This document shows positions 1 to 15,288 of a DNA stretch of 28,764 bases, in pieces. Every line of letters begins with the position of its first letter. The stretch's first letter is position 1. The position numbers and the translations under genes were made by a program. Where the stretch lies: the NCBI GenBank assembly GCA_054661495.1, contig BAAFSQ010000120.1, positions 1 to 28,764 on the forward strand. Reading direction: 5' to 3'. Source of the DNA: Zygophlyctis sp. KS116 (Eukaryota > Fungi > Chytridiomycota). The notes beneath the pieces were generated by a model. That model made no database searches. It saw only the letters and a list, made by a program, of their open reading frames with translations, and was not told where the DNA came from.

Positions 1-150
1 ATTTTCTTATAATTTTCTAATAATATGACCTGATAATTTTCTTATAATTTTCTAATAATATGACCTGATAATTTTCTTATAATTTTCTAATAATATGACC
101 TGATAATTTTCTAATAATATCACTTGATAATATCACTTGATAATTTTCTA
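1..150. repeat. AT-rich tandem repeat: three perfect 35-bp units (ATTTTCTTATAATTTTCTAATAATATGACCTGATA at 1-35, 36-70, 71-105) followed by degenerate partial units; may extend beyond the left edge
   Basis: Units read directly from the sequence; no spacers between them. Confidence 0.9.
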
Positions 151-230
151 ATAACTTATAACCTAGTGTAACCTAGTGTGACTAAATCTAACCACACACT
201 AGAAATTTAGAAAATACAAAAATAAAATGC

Positions 231-467
231 TTAAAATCTCTTTTTTTTATTGTCTTCCTTCTTCTTGTAAGAAAAATCTTTTGTAGTTGCTGCAAACTCT
301 CCAAATTTCCTAGAAAGCATTTCTTCAGTTACGAGTATAGATACATGAGATTTTCCATTATGAATTCTAACCTGTTTTCCAATCATTGGAGGGATAACTG
401 TAGCATTCCTAGATACACTATTAATATTTGTGTTCAATAGTGGTCCTTTCCAAATGGATCTGGGCAT
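231..467 (-). CDS. RSM19: Mitochondrial ribosomal protein uS19m (nuclear-encoded), 78 aa, intronless
   Basis: RSIWKGP N-terminus, SRNATVIPPMIG, IHNGK and KFGEFAAT motifs typical of uS19. Confidence 0.88.
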   Translation of the reverse strand: MPRSIWKGPLLNTNINSVSRNATVIPPMIGKQVRIHNGKSHVSILVTEEMLSRKFGEFAATTKDFSYKKKEDNKKKRF

Positions 468-553
468 TTTTCTATTAATATACCCTTAAACTAATTACCT
501 AGACATTATTTGAAATTCAAGGGTCTAGGTTGTAAAATCTAGGGCAAGAAAAA
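468..553. promoter_or_regulatory. 86-bp divergent spacer (putative bidirectional promoter) between RSM19 and RPA190, with three CTAGG/CCTAG motifs
   Basis: Head-to-head ATGs at 467 and 554; element TGAAATTCAAGGGTCTAGGT at 511-530. Confidence 0.55.
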
Positions 554-5774
<5,221 letters not shown>

Positions 5775-5804
5775 AATAAGATAGTTTTCATTTATTTCAA
5801 ATCT

Positions 5805-6290
5805 TTATGGCTCTTGTAGCTTCTCTTGCTGGTTCACTTCAGAGACCGGTTCCTGATCTTGTGCTGTATGGCTTGTTTCATCATTAGAAACAATATCAGG
5901 CTGAGGATCTTTTGGAGCCTCTTCCAATCTTTTAGCTGCATCCAATCTTTCTTGCTCTAATTGTAATGCCAAGATTTCCTGAGCCTTTTTGTCTTCTTCC
6001 GCCTTTATAATAGCCAATTCTTCATCTCTCTTTCTTCTATGAATATTCGCAATAGCTGAAACTATTTTTTGTCTTTGCTGATCGTCCTTTTTACATTTCT
6101 CTGCAGTTTCTGAATAATTTAATAGATATCTAGCTACAAAACTCACTGGATCTTCACTTGTAGAGTATGGATTTGTTCCCAAGTTTATGGATAGTTTTGG
6201 GTGAGTCTGACTATGCCCATGCTGAACTAATTCTGACAATGCTTCTGAAATGGCAGTTCCAACTGTTTGCTTTAGATAAGCAGCGTCCAT
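5805..6290 (-). CDS. Dpy-30-motif (RIIa-like docking domain) coiled-coil protein, possibly DYDC-like/axonemal
   Basis: MDAAYLKQTVGTAISEALSELV...EDPVSFVARYLLNY matches the Dpy-30 motif (with an insertion), followed by a charged coiled coil. Confidence 0.7.
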   Translation of the reverse strand: MDAAYLKQTVGTAISEALSELVQHGHSQTHPKLSINLGTNPYSTSEDPVSFVARYLLNYSETAEKCKKDDQQRQKIVSAIANIHRRKRDEELAIIKAEEDKKAQEILALQLEQERLDAAKRLEEAPKDPQPDIVSNDETSHTAQDQEPVSEVNQQEKLQEP

Positions 6291-6363
6291 TTCGGGATTT
6301 TAAGACTGATGACGTCTCTCAAAAACAGATATTAGAAGAAAAACTTATTAAGCGAACAACTAA

Positions 6364-6946
6364 CTATTCATCGTCTTCATCGTCTTCGTCATCAGATGCG
6401 ACGAGAGCCTTAAAGTCAATAACTTTACCACGGGTACGTCTACCAGATGGAATGATATTACTTTTATCCAAAGCACCTTCATCTAAAAGTAAGAGCATGC
6501 AACTATACCTTCTTCAACATCCTCTTCCTCTTCAAAGTCACTTGATGCATCTTTTTTAGATTTCTTTGATTTTCTTCCTTTGCTCTTTGTTGGCTTTTCC
6601 TCTTCTTCTTCCTCTTCGACAACTTCCTCTTCATCGGCTTCCTCATCAGCAACGTCTTCCTCTTGGGCTTCTGGAGTAACATCTTCAACTTGAGCCTCTT
6701 CTTCAGTCTCTGCAGACACATTGGCATCATCGATTGGTTCAGCGACTTCAGGTTCAGTGACTTCAGGTTCAGCGATTTGATCAGATGTTAATGTGGCTGA
6801 TGATTCCTCTGCTTCCAATACAGGCTTAACAATCTTGGTTGCACTATATCATCTTAATAAAGATTAAATTACTCTTGGGCTAATTCATCTTGAGCCTTTC
6901 TCTTGAGATCAACATTGTCAGCTTGGATGATGGTTTCTTGAGTCAT
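6364..6946 (-). CDS. CHZ1: Histone H2A.Z chaperone Chz1-like acidic protein; introns 6844-6872 and 6483-6508
   Basis: Spliced C-terminus LDKSNIIPSGRRTRGKVIDF is the CHZ motif; highly acidic body. Confidence 0.8.
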
Positions 6947-7178
6947 TTTTACTTTTTTTTTTTGAAAATATTCTTTGCCGTCTCTAGGTTTCAGTCTTAG
7001 TCTAGGTGAAACAGATCAAGATTCAAGGGGTATGTCTCATTTAGGTTTCAACCCATGTTTCATCTAGGTTTCATCTAGGTTACATCTAAGTAGGCGCCGC
7101 CTTCTCAAAGACCAACAGACCAAACCCTGAAATTCAATGTCTAGGTCTACCAACACATTGAATTAGTGTCCGATTTAA

Positions 7179-8110
7179 ATGAAACTGAGCGGAATTGGTT
7201 TTATTAAAATGTATAATTCACAATTGCCATCACCGCTAAGATCACCAATGGATATTCATTCTTCTCTTACGTACAGTCCTTCTTCTAGCATGGGATTTCC
7301 TATTTTTCATCAAGATTATGCAACTAAAGGGCAAAGGTCAATAGCACCGCAAAAGACAAAAATCAGGCTTGGAGAAGCAGCTATTTCTAGAAATAAAATT
7401 AGGACTATTGATACACATCCTACATGGCCTACTCCATTTGCTTCATCATCTTCTTGGATGAATAATGATAATTCTGCAGCTATGCCAATGACTGATTTTC
7501 TAAACCCAGCAATACCTATTCTTGATCATACTACGTCTTCACCTTCAGCATCTTACACATCTTCAAATAATGCTGCGGTAATTAAATTCTCAAAAAAGAA
7601 ACAAATGGTGGATCCTCTGTCATATAACTTTACATCTGAAAGTGCGCTTGTTACAGATCCTGTTAAATTTGATGAAGCGGTCATTGCATTTTTGAAAGAT
7701 CAAGGTACTCCAGTCATTAAAATGCCTTCAGTTGATAAAAAATGGTTAAGTTTTTGGTCCTTGTTTCATGGTATTATTTTATTAGATTTTATATTTTAGC
7801 TGTTCATGAATTAGGAGGATCTAAATATGTTACAAAAGCCAGGAAATGGAAACAAGTAGCTCATAAATTGTTATTACCAACAACTCTTACTAGTGCTTCA
7901 TATACTCTTCGGACTTTTTACTCAAAGTATTTGATTAATTTTGAAGATTTTTATCTCAATCATCCCACCAAAGAATCACTTGATGTCTATAAATCAGCAC
8001 CAATGACTGGATTTTATTCGGGATATACTAATCATGACATGAGTCAATTAAGACTTGATGAAAAAAATATCATGCAAGATTATTTTCTTGATGATCAAGT
8101 AATGTACTAA
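7179..8110 (+). CDS. ARID/BRIGHT DNA-binding domain protein; intron 7771-7799; start may be 7209
   Basis: Spliced FLKDQGTPVIKMPSVDKKWLSFWSLFHAVHELGGSKYVTKARKWKQVAHKL...SASYTLRTFYSKYLINFE is an ARID domain. Confidence 0.85.
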
Positions 8111-8156
8111 ATATAATTTTTGTTCGGGTAATTCATCTTTAGTCGCGATATTCAAA

Positions 8157-10976
8157 ATGTCTCAGTTTACTGAATGGCAAATAAGACGATTTGCTTTTCT
8201 TTTTGATCAGTATTGTTCCAACATCAATGCTGTTATGAGGCTTAGTCTTGGAAGGGAGTCTCAAGTAAACTTAAATGATAGGCTGGGTGTTCATCAGCTA
8301 TGTCAAGTATTAGTATGCAATATATATCATGATGCATTAGGCTCGCTTAGGACCGCAAGTTAGTATGGACTATGCCAGGGACATTATATACCGATATGAT
8401 AGTACATGTACCGGATGCTTGGAGTATGAGGATTATCTAGAGTTTCTGGCAGATTATCAAGAAATATTGCATATTAAGCGCTCAGAGGCTATTAAGAATT
8501 ATGACAGAATGAAAAATGTATCATGGTATTTTATAAATTATTAGAGCACTGCGTATGAAGACGAGCAATTTCTGTCTTCATTTCCAGTTATAACAAATTA
8601 TATTGCCTATTTAAGGCTCGATGATCCAGAAAACTTTTTTACACAAGCCGATCCAATTACAGAAGCGATTTCTAATGATGGGTATATCAGTGATCCAAAT
8701 ATTCTTAATAGAACGATCACTGTCCGGATATTTGGCGCTAAAAATTTAAGGAGCTTTTGTAGGTAGATATCAAGTATAGACTTTTAATAGGATAAAGAAG
8801 AGAGATGGGGTTGGAATAGAATATCAGACACTTAATCCAGTCATTCGCGTATCAGTGACTGATATCATAAAATCGACTACAGTAATCTTGGGATCGGTAC
8901 TTATTTTGTTGAAAATTTTAATGTTCAGACGACGTCAGAATGGAATCAAGATCTAGTTTTTCCTATCAGAATACCTCCTGGAGAGCTTCATGATGTCCAA
9001 AGTTGGGTAGAGACGCAGAATTTTGTCTTTCATTTGTATGATTTTGTTTCTTCAGGTTTGGTGCCGTAAGTTTAAAGCTGATAATAACTATCAGACATCC
9101 AGAACTTTTAGCATTTGGTTCTATTTCTCTGAAGAGAGTTTTAATGTCAACCAGAAAACCATTTACAGCGGTTATTAAAATGAGCCCACTTCACTGCTCG
9201 TCATTAGAGCAAGATAATGTCCGTTTAGACGTGTCTTTTTCTGATTTAACGTTGGAAACATGGGCTTGGTCAAAGGTGGCGGATTCGTTTTTACATCCTG
9301 AACAAGGTAATTTATTAATTTATTCAAATTAGTATGGAATCGATTATACCCGGTCAAAATGAAGAAGGATTTAGATTCATACAGCTCGGAAAAGCAGAAA
9401 AAAGGGAATGAAGGTTCAGCATGTACTCATTTTTTGAGTTTGGTAAATCCTTTAAGGCAGATTTTTCGAAGGCGACTATTTCATGCGGTAGTATTAGACG
9501 AATGTAATACTTTTCGCTTTCTTCCTGCACTGTTAAGTAAGTTGCTGAAATCTTATTTGATAAGGGCCTATACAGACACACGATCCACGTACATATTCAA
9601 ATGATGATTTGTGCGCATCTTTATCAAATATACCATTTAAAAAGAAGACGGTTCCTTTATCAGATTATACTTGCAGTCTGCGGGAACTGCAAAATGTTCG
9701 TGAATCTGTTGGCTTTGATTCACTTCCAAGCAACCAAGTGGCAGCTTGGACCATTGCGGCCAGCCCACCAGACTTTCTTTCAGAAAATTTTTTCGCTCAA
9801 ATCTCATCACCTTCTTGTATGATTTCTAGAAGAGAAGGTTCTATTTTGGAGCATGCTATGGCACTTTGCTCTCTTCTTTTAGGAAAGGAAGAAAATGCGT
9901 ATGTCGCTATTGGTAACGTCAAGAAAAGATGTTATGTGTGGGTGATAGTTTTTAAATCAAGACAAGAAATGAATGGTCTCATGCGCAAAAATAGAATGGC
10001 TGATACAGAAGAAGAAGAAATCGAAGTTTTACAAAATGGCACATATATTTATGGGTCTTTAGATTCTTCAGAATCATTTAATGTACAAGACTTTGAACGA
10101 TTTTCTAAGACAGAAACTATAAAGGCGAAAAACAATAAGCTAACGGTTTTGCACTACGATGTTGCTACAGGAAACTGTTTTCAGTACGCTCCAGGAAACA
10201 AATTCCCATTTGATCGTATTTCTACAATATTCAACCACAAAAATATTTGGTATAATGTGCAGCATACAGATCTGATTTCGCAGTAGGTTCTTAATTTATA
10301 ATACTTAGTCCAATGTTTTCGTGGGATTTATTCATCGCTGATTGCTGGTATCCTCTTTTTTCAAAATCCTCAGCGATCATTCCGGGGTCGATTCAATGCT
10401 TTTACATGGAACCTCATTTCACTAATATTTATGAATATAAACTGGACTATGTTCGTATGGATGCGCCGTAAAATTTTTTCAGCTAAATATAGATGGATCT
10501 TGAAGGAACTTGTGTCCTTTATTCAGCTTTACAGAAAAAATATCCTGTTTATTGCTGAAACATATTTCCATCGAGAGATCTCTAGGAATATTCAGGCAAT
10601 TTTGAACCAAAAATCAGAAAAAACCACTGATCGAAAATCGATAATGTATGGCCAAGACGCCAGCCAAGCGCCTTTAGGATCTCAAATGACCTATATTATT
10701 GACACCCCAAACAAGAATGAATTGGATAAAGTGACTCTTCGAATGATCAGAGATAGGATTAATAATCTATTGCCAGATCATCATACTTGGGAGGGTTGTA
10801 TTTTTCAATTCAATGATTCTGATCTTTCAAATATCATGGAACAACTAATTTGGTCTGGTTATCTGGATTGTTCTGTTCCTGACTCTCTCTATACGATCGC
10901 ATGCAAAGTCCAGAGACGGCCATTCGGGCAAACTTCTCTCAAGCTTGTTGTCGGATATATTTATGATATTTTGTAA
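8157..10976 (+). CDS. CEP76/CC2D2A-like protein: EF-hand + C2 + transglutaminase-like domain; 9 introns (8307-8340, 8518-8544, 8763-8790, 8897-8928, 9066-9094, 9307-9332, 9537-9564, 10283-10308, 10468-10492)
   Basis: EF-hand-like YDSTCTGCLEYEDYLEFL; C2-like ITVRIFGAKNL...WNQDLVFPI...FHLYDF; GSILEHAMALCSLLLG...AYVAIG...VWV and IFNHKNIWYNVQ resemble the CEP76/DRC7 peptidase-like domain. Splicing gives a continuous frame. Confidence 0.7.
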
Positions 10977-10992
10977 GACTGCAGAATTTTAT

Positions 10993-11594
10993 TTATCCAA
11001 CTAATAAAAGAATTGATACCATTAAAACAGCCCGCTCCATATTGTTTGTATATTTCAAGTTCTTAAAGTAACTCCAACCATTCTTTGCTTTGAAGGAGTC
11101 TGAGATCTCGTTGTTGACAATGCTAGGTGAATCAATAATCCCCCGATTTGTATGGCGAGCAAACCGTGAATTAACATCATCGGGTGATGCCACACCACCT
11201 CCAATCGCCCACACAAATTTAGTCAGATCATTAATAACTGGAGTGTCACTAAGAGGCCGGGAAATGGAGCATGTCAATTTATCTGCAGATGGTGTCACGT
11301 TAGTCGCGTTAAGCGGAATTACCAAAGAATTCTGAGAATCAGAAAGGGTTGGTAGAGTATATAATGCAGCTGTACGTCTTGAAACAACACATCCTCCGGT
11401 AGAATTTTTCCAAAAAGCATATATATCTGATCCGATCATACTATTTCCTATACCAAAAGCAGCCCATCTTGTGAGTTAGAAAACTATATAATATACCCAT
11501 CACATGATAAACTCTTAGTTTGTATAGTGATATCAATGTTTTGACCATTCTGATGAGTATAAAGACAAAAACTTCCTGATGGATCACAAGGCAT
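10993..11594 (-). CDS. DOMON-domain protein (heme-binding type) with hydrophobic C-terminus; intron 11468-11496
   Basis: Spliced GWAAFGIGNSMIGSDIY motif, SRR strand, FVWAIG and FARH (candidate Met/His heme ligands); C-terminal AVLMVSILLLVG; the intron has a CTAAC branch site. Confidence 0.7.
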
Positions 11595-11677
11595 TTTCTG
11601 ATCTGTTTAATTTGACACGAAGTTAATTATCTCCGAAATAAAGCTATCTTCTCTCTTTGCCTTGATGCATTTGAAAG

Positions 11678-12934
11678 TTAAAAGACCTTTAGAGTTCCTT
11701 CAAAAAAAGAATCCTGGCTTCCTATTCGTATCTTTATTGGGCTTGAAATAGGTATCTGTGCCAACCTATTCCAAGCACGATCATCTACCGAATTCACATC
11801 TGAAACTTCAAAGATACGAATTTCCCTTAATTGCTTAATCTTGATATTGGGATCCAATTCCCATCCAGGCCCTTCCTTAATTCTATTTAAAGCTTCAATC
11901 AAACGATATTGATCAGCCTCATACCCCATCCATATCTCTAAAATTTTAATTGAAGGAGCAAACCATAACACACCCATCCCCAAAGAATTTAAAAATACTG
12001 AATGTGACTGTGAACGATGCAATGGCGTGGTATAAGGATTTTTTGGCGATCCTACACTAAGCATTGATAAGTGATGCCCACTTGCTTTAGGAAACAATCT
12101 CCAAAAGTTTTTATCTACTCTTCCAAGTCTTCCAAAAGTTTTTAATTTTGGAAGACTATAAAATAAATCCAAAATAATTTCTCCACCCAGAGTTTGAAAA
12201 TCCAGATCAATCATTAAATAAGTCAAGTTTTCTAATTTAGAAATAATTGATAACATAAGTGTTGAATCAAGTACCCATTTCTCCAACCAAGGACCACAAA
12301 AATACAATCTTGATAGAGTTTTTGGCAAATCATTAAAATCTGTAGCATTAAATATTCCACTAGTTTCTTGATACAATCGTCTTGCAAAACCTTGAAAAGA
12401 AATTGATTTCAAGACTGTACAAGACTTTAAAGGCGTTAGATCTATTCTTGCCCCGACTTCCATAAAATCCAATAATTCTATTCTAGTCAAGTCTCTAGAA
12501 TATAAAATATTTGAATTTGGAGAAATAAATGTAATTTCTGGAAAAAAATCTAGAGTATTTTGAGAATGATTTGAAACCAATAATCTTCTAAGAACCATTT
12601 TCCCATTAGTCCATGTCCTTTTAATTGCATCATGTAGTCTAGATCTTGATCCATTTCCAAGACTATTAGTGTCAAAATGGATCCAACATTGTCCAGAATG
12701 AGAAGGAAAGACTCTAATAAATGGTTTAACAGTCAGCAGACTTGGAAAACAAGGATACATTATCGGATCTGAATTCTTAAATGATGAGAGAGAGATCAAG
12801 ACTTGAATTTCCATAACCATTGACTTTACTAAATAATATAATCGTTTATTAACTGTACTCAGTCTGATCAGCCCATCCATCGGAACAAAAGAGAGTACTA
12901 GATACCAGATTTCATTAGGGATCTGCAGATTCAT
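11678..12934 (-). CDS. F-box protein with LRR-like C-terminal region, intronless
   Basis: N-terminal LQIPNEIWYLVLSFVPMDGLIRLSTVNKRLYYLV F-box signature; LxxLxL-type repeats (LPKTLSRLYF, LENLTYLMI, LPKLKTF). Confidence 0.8.
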   Translation of the reverse strand: MNLQIPNEIWYLVLSFVPMDGLIRLSTVNKRLYYLVKSMVMEIQVLISLSSFKNSDPIMYPCFPSLLTVKPFIRVFPSHSGQCWIHFDTNSLGNGSRSRLHDAIKRTWTNGKMVLRRLLVSNHSQNTLDFFPEITFISPNSNILYSRDLTRIELLDFMEVGARIDLTPLKSCTVLKSISFQGFARRLYQETSGIFNATDFNDLPKTLSRLYFCGPWLEKWVLDSTLMLSIISKLENLTYLMIDLDFQTLGGEIILDLFYSLPKLKTFGRLGRVDKNFWRLFPKASGHHLSMLSVGSPKNPYTTPLHRSQSHSVFLNSLGMGVLWFAPSIKILEIWMGYEADQYRLIEALNRIKEGPGWELDPNIKIKQLREIRIFEVSDVNSVDDRAWNRLAQIPISSPIKIRIGSQDSFFEGTLKVF

Positions 12935-13490
12935 CTCTTACCCTTTTCAACTGATGACAAGTTTCAAGATTAAGATTCCTTCGAGCCTTATAAATAGGTT
13001 CATATTCCTGCAATTGATTTTTAAATCCAATATTGGGATTAATACAGAATCTGATATTTTGTACCCAAGAATACGCCTTAAAATAATCCCAGTCCAGAGA
13101 TTCCATTAAATATGCAACTGCGACCGCTGGAGATCTAGAAATACCTCCATTACAATGTATTAATACAGATCCACCGGAATTCCGAGCATTATGAATAAAT
13201 TCAAAACAAATTGGAAAGTACTGAATCAGATTTTGAACCGGTGAGTCTGAGACTGGAACAATCTGATGCTTAAAGACTCCAGGATGCAAGTCCTTGATTA
13301 AACTAGAATAAAATAAAATCACTTACTGCTCTTCATTTACATCTCTCAAACATAGAATATGAGAAATTCCTTTAGAGAGTAAATACTCTTGAGATCTGGT
13401 AATTACATATGGGCCAATGTATAGTCCAGGTAGGATCTGTTGCATATCTCTTCTCATTTCATAAGACCATTCAGATCCAATCAAACTCAT
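12915..13490 (-). CDS. STYX: STYX-like dual-specificity phosphatase; intron 13303-13326 (24 nt)
   Basis: EWSYEMRRDMQQILPGLYIGPY, GISHILCLR, VLIHCNGGISRS and RFCINPNIGFKNQLQEYEPIY closely track animal STYX motifs. Confidence 0.82.
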
Positions 13491-13495
13491 ATTTA

Positions 13496-13769
13496 TTAAA
13501 GGGTTGAAACAATTGCATCAGTTTCAATTGCTTCAATCTCTACAATAGATTCTAAAGTGCCTAAATATTAAGAAAAGTGGTTAAAATACTCTTGATAGAT
13601 GCTGGAATATCAGCACTAAATCCCTTCATCACATCTGTAAAAATATTATGAATTATACCACCTAATTTTAATTATCAAAATTACCTTGATCCTTGATCTT
13701 TTCAATAATCTCATAGAGTACTGCAAGAGGAGTTTCATCTTTAAGAGTTATAATCAATTTTTCAATCAT
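13496..13769 (-). CDS. Peptidase inhibitor I9 (Pbi2/POIA-like), about 73 aa, absent from the ORF track; introns 13662-13684 (23 nt) and 13561-13589
   Basis: Spliced protein MIEKLIITLKDETPLAVLYEIIEKIKDQGGIIHNIFTDVMKGFSADIPASIKSTLESIVEIEAIETDAIVSTL has the I9 hallmarks IITLK, GG.I.H, KGFSA and IE.D..V. Confidence 0.78.
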
Positions 13770-13776
13770 TTTGAGA

Positions 13777-15288
13777 TTATTCCTTGACAGAGTAAAATTT
13801 GTTTCTCTGGATTTGATCAGCGACTGATGATGAATTGGAGTTTACAAGTTTTTGACGAAGAGAGTGTGAAAATGAGTCTGTAAAAGTAGACTTTATAGCA
13901 GACTCTTGTTTTTGTAATAATTGTAATTTTCCATTTCTAGCTTCTTCAAGATTTTTAGCCGCAGCTTGCATTGCAGCGAGTTTTTCCAATTTTTCCTGGT
14001 CAAGAGAGTTATGTTTTGGAGAGGGTGATCTTCTTCTTCTTGCTTCCATAGATGGTGATCTTCTACGTCTTGACTCCACAGGAGATGGTGATCTTCTACG
14101 TCTTGATCCAGAAGGAGATGGTGATCTTCTACGTCTTGATCCAGAAGGAGATGGTGATCTTCTACGTCTTGCTTCCATAGATGGTGATCTTCTTCTTCTA
14201 GACTCCACAGGAGATGGTGATCTTCTAGGTCTTGATTCAACAGGAGATGGTGATCTTCTTCTTCTTGCTTCCATAGATGGTGATCTTCTTCTTCTTGATT
14301 CAATAGATGGTGATCTTCTACGTCTTGATCCAGAAGGAGATGGTGATCTTCTACGTCTTGATCCAGAAGGAGATGGTGATCTTCTACGTCTCGATTCAAC
14401 AGGAGATGGTGATCTTCTACGTCTCGATTCAACAGGAGATGGTGATCTTCTACGTCTTGACTCAACAGGAGAGGGTGATCTTCTACGTCTTGATCCAGAA
14501 GGAGAGGGTGATCTTCTACGTCTTGATCCAGAAGGAGATGGTGATCTTCTACGTCTTGACTCCACAGGAGATGGTGATCTTCTACGTCTTGACTCCACAG
14601 GAGATGGTGATCTTCTACGTCTTGACTCCACAGGAGAGGGTGATCTTCTTGATTCAATAGAGGGTGATCTTTTTCTTCTTGATCCAGTAGGAGAGGGTGA
14701 TCTTCTACGCTTGGTAGAATTAATAGATTGATGATCAGATTTCTTGGACCCATCCGTTTCTTTTGACCTCTTCAACTTTTTCAATTGCATAGGATTTGCC
14801 AAAACAGCTTCCATTGACATTTTCTCTCTCTTTCTAGGAATAAATTTTTATAATAATCTATACCTTATTGCCAATAATGGATCTTCCCTCACCTTTGCTT
14901 GAAAATCTCTATCAGAATTAGCCTGAAACCCATAAAAAGCAGAATTACTTTTTGAATAAGAAACTAGAGTTTCTTTTGCCTGTACCAAATCATCAATTCT
15001 CTTCCTTCCTAATAAATATGCTTCCTTATCCTCATCTACTGTACCATCCTGATTAGCTGAAGCAGCATACATCCATTCCAACCTAGAAGACTTTTTCTTT
15101 ACTCTTCCCGCCGCCTCCGCAACCGACTGTAATTCCTCTCGTCTCCTCTCTTCCTCCTTTTCCTTTCGAAGCTGAAGCATCTTTTTATCTTCTTCCTCTT
15201 GAGCCTTTTCTCTCTGCCATACTAGCTCAATATTCTTAAAAGTTGCTGGATGCCAAGACTTTTTGAGATTCAAATCGCCACCGCCCAT
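13777..15288 (-). CDS. CWC25: Pre-mRNA splicing factor Cwc25 with an expanded RS/RSPSP repeat; intron 14834-14863
   Basis: MGGGDLNLKKSWHP N-terminus, RLEWMY, EAYLLGR and KVREDPLLAI motifs. Confidence 0.92.
14022..14710 (-). repeat. Coding minisatellite, about 22 units of 30-33 bp encoding (S/A)RRRRSPS(PVE/PSG/ME)
   Basis: Repeated GGTGATCTTCTACGTCTTGA core on the + strand. Confidence 0.92.

Noticed and set aside
1-105. 35-bp repeats as a CRISPR array
   Set aside because: Units are contiguous with no unique spacers; eukaryotic context and no cas genes
6150-6215. Insertion in the Dpy-30 motif as a hidden in-frame intron
   Set aside because: The only GT-AG pair would be about 48 nt and not AT-rich, unlike all other introns here
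6167-6730. ORFs 6167-6559 (+) and 6503-6730 (-)
   Set aside because: Shadow frames of the low-complexity acidic CHZ1 and Dpy-30 genes
13893-14753. Alternative-frame ORF (DVEDHHLLL repeats) and antisense ORF 14307-14660 (MVIFYVLIQKE repeats)
   Set aside because: By-products of a stop-free 3n minisatellite inside CWC25; no independent evidence of coding
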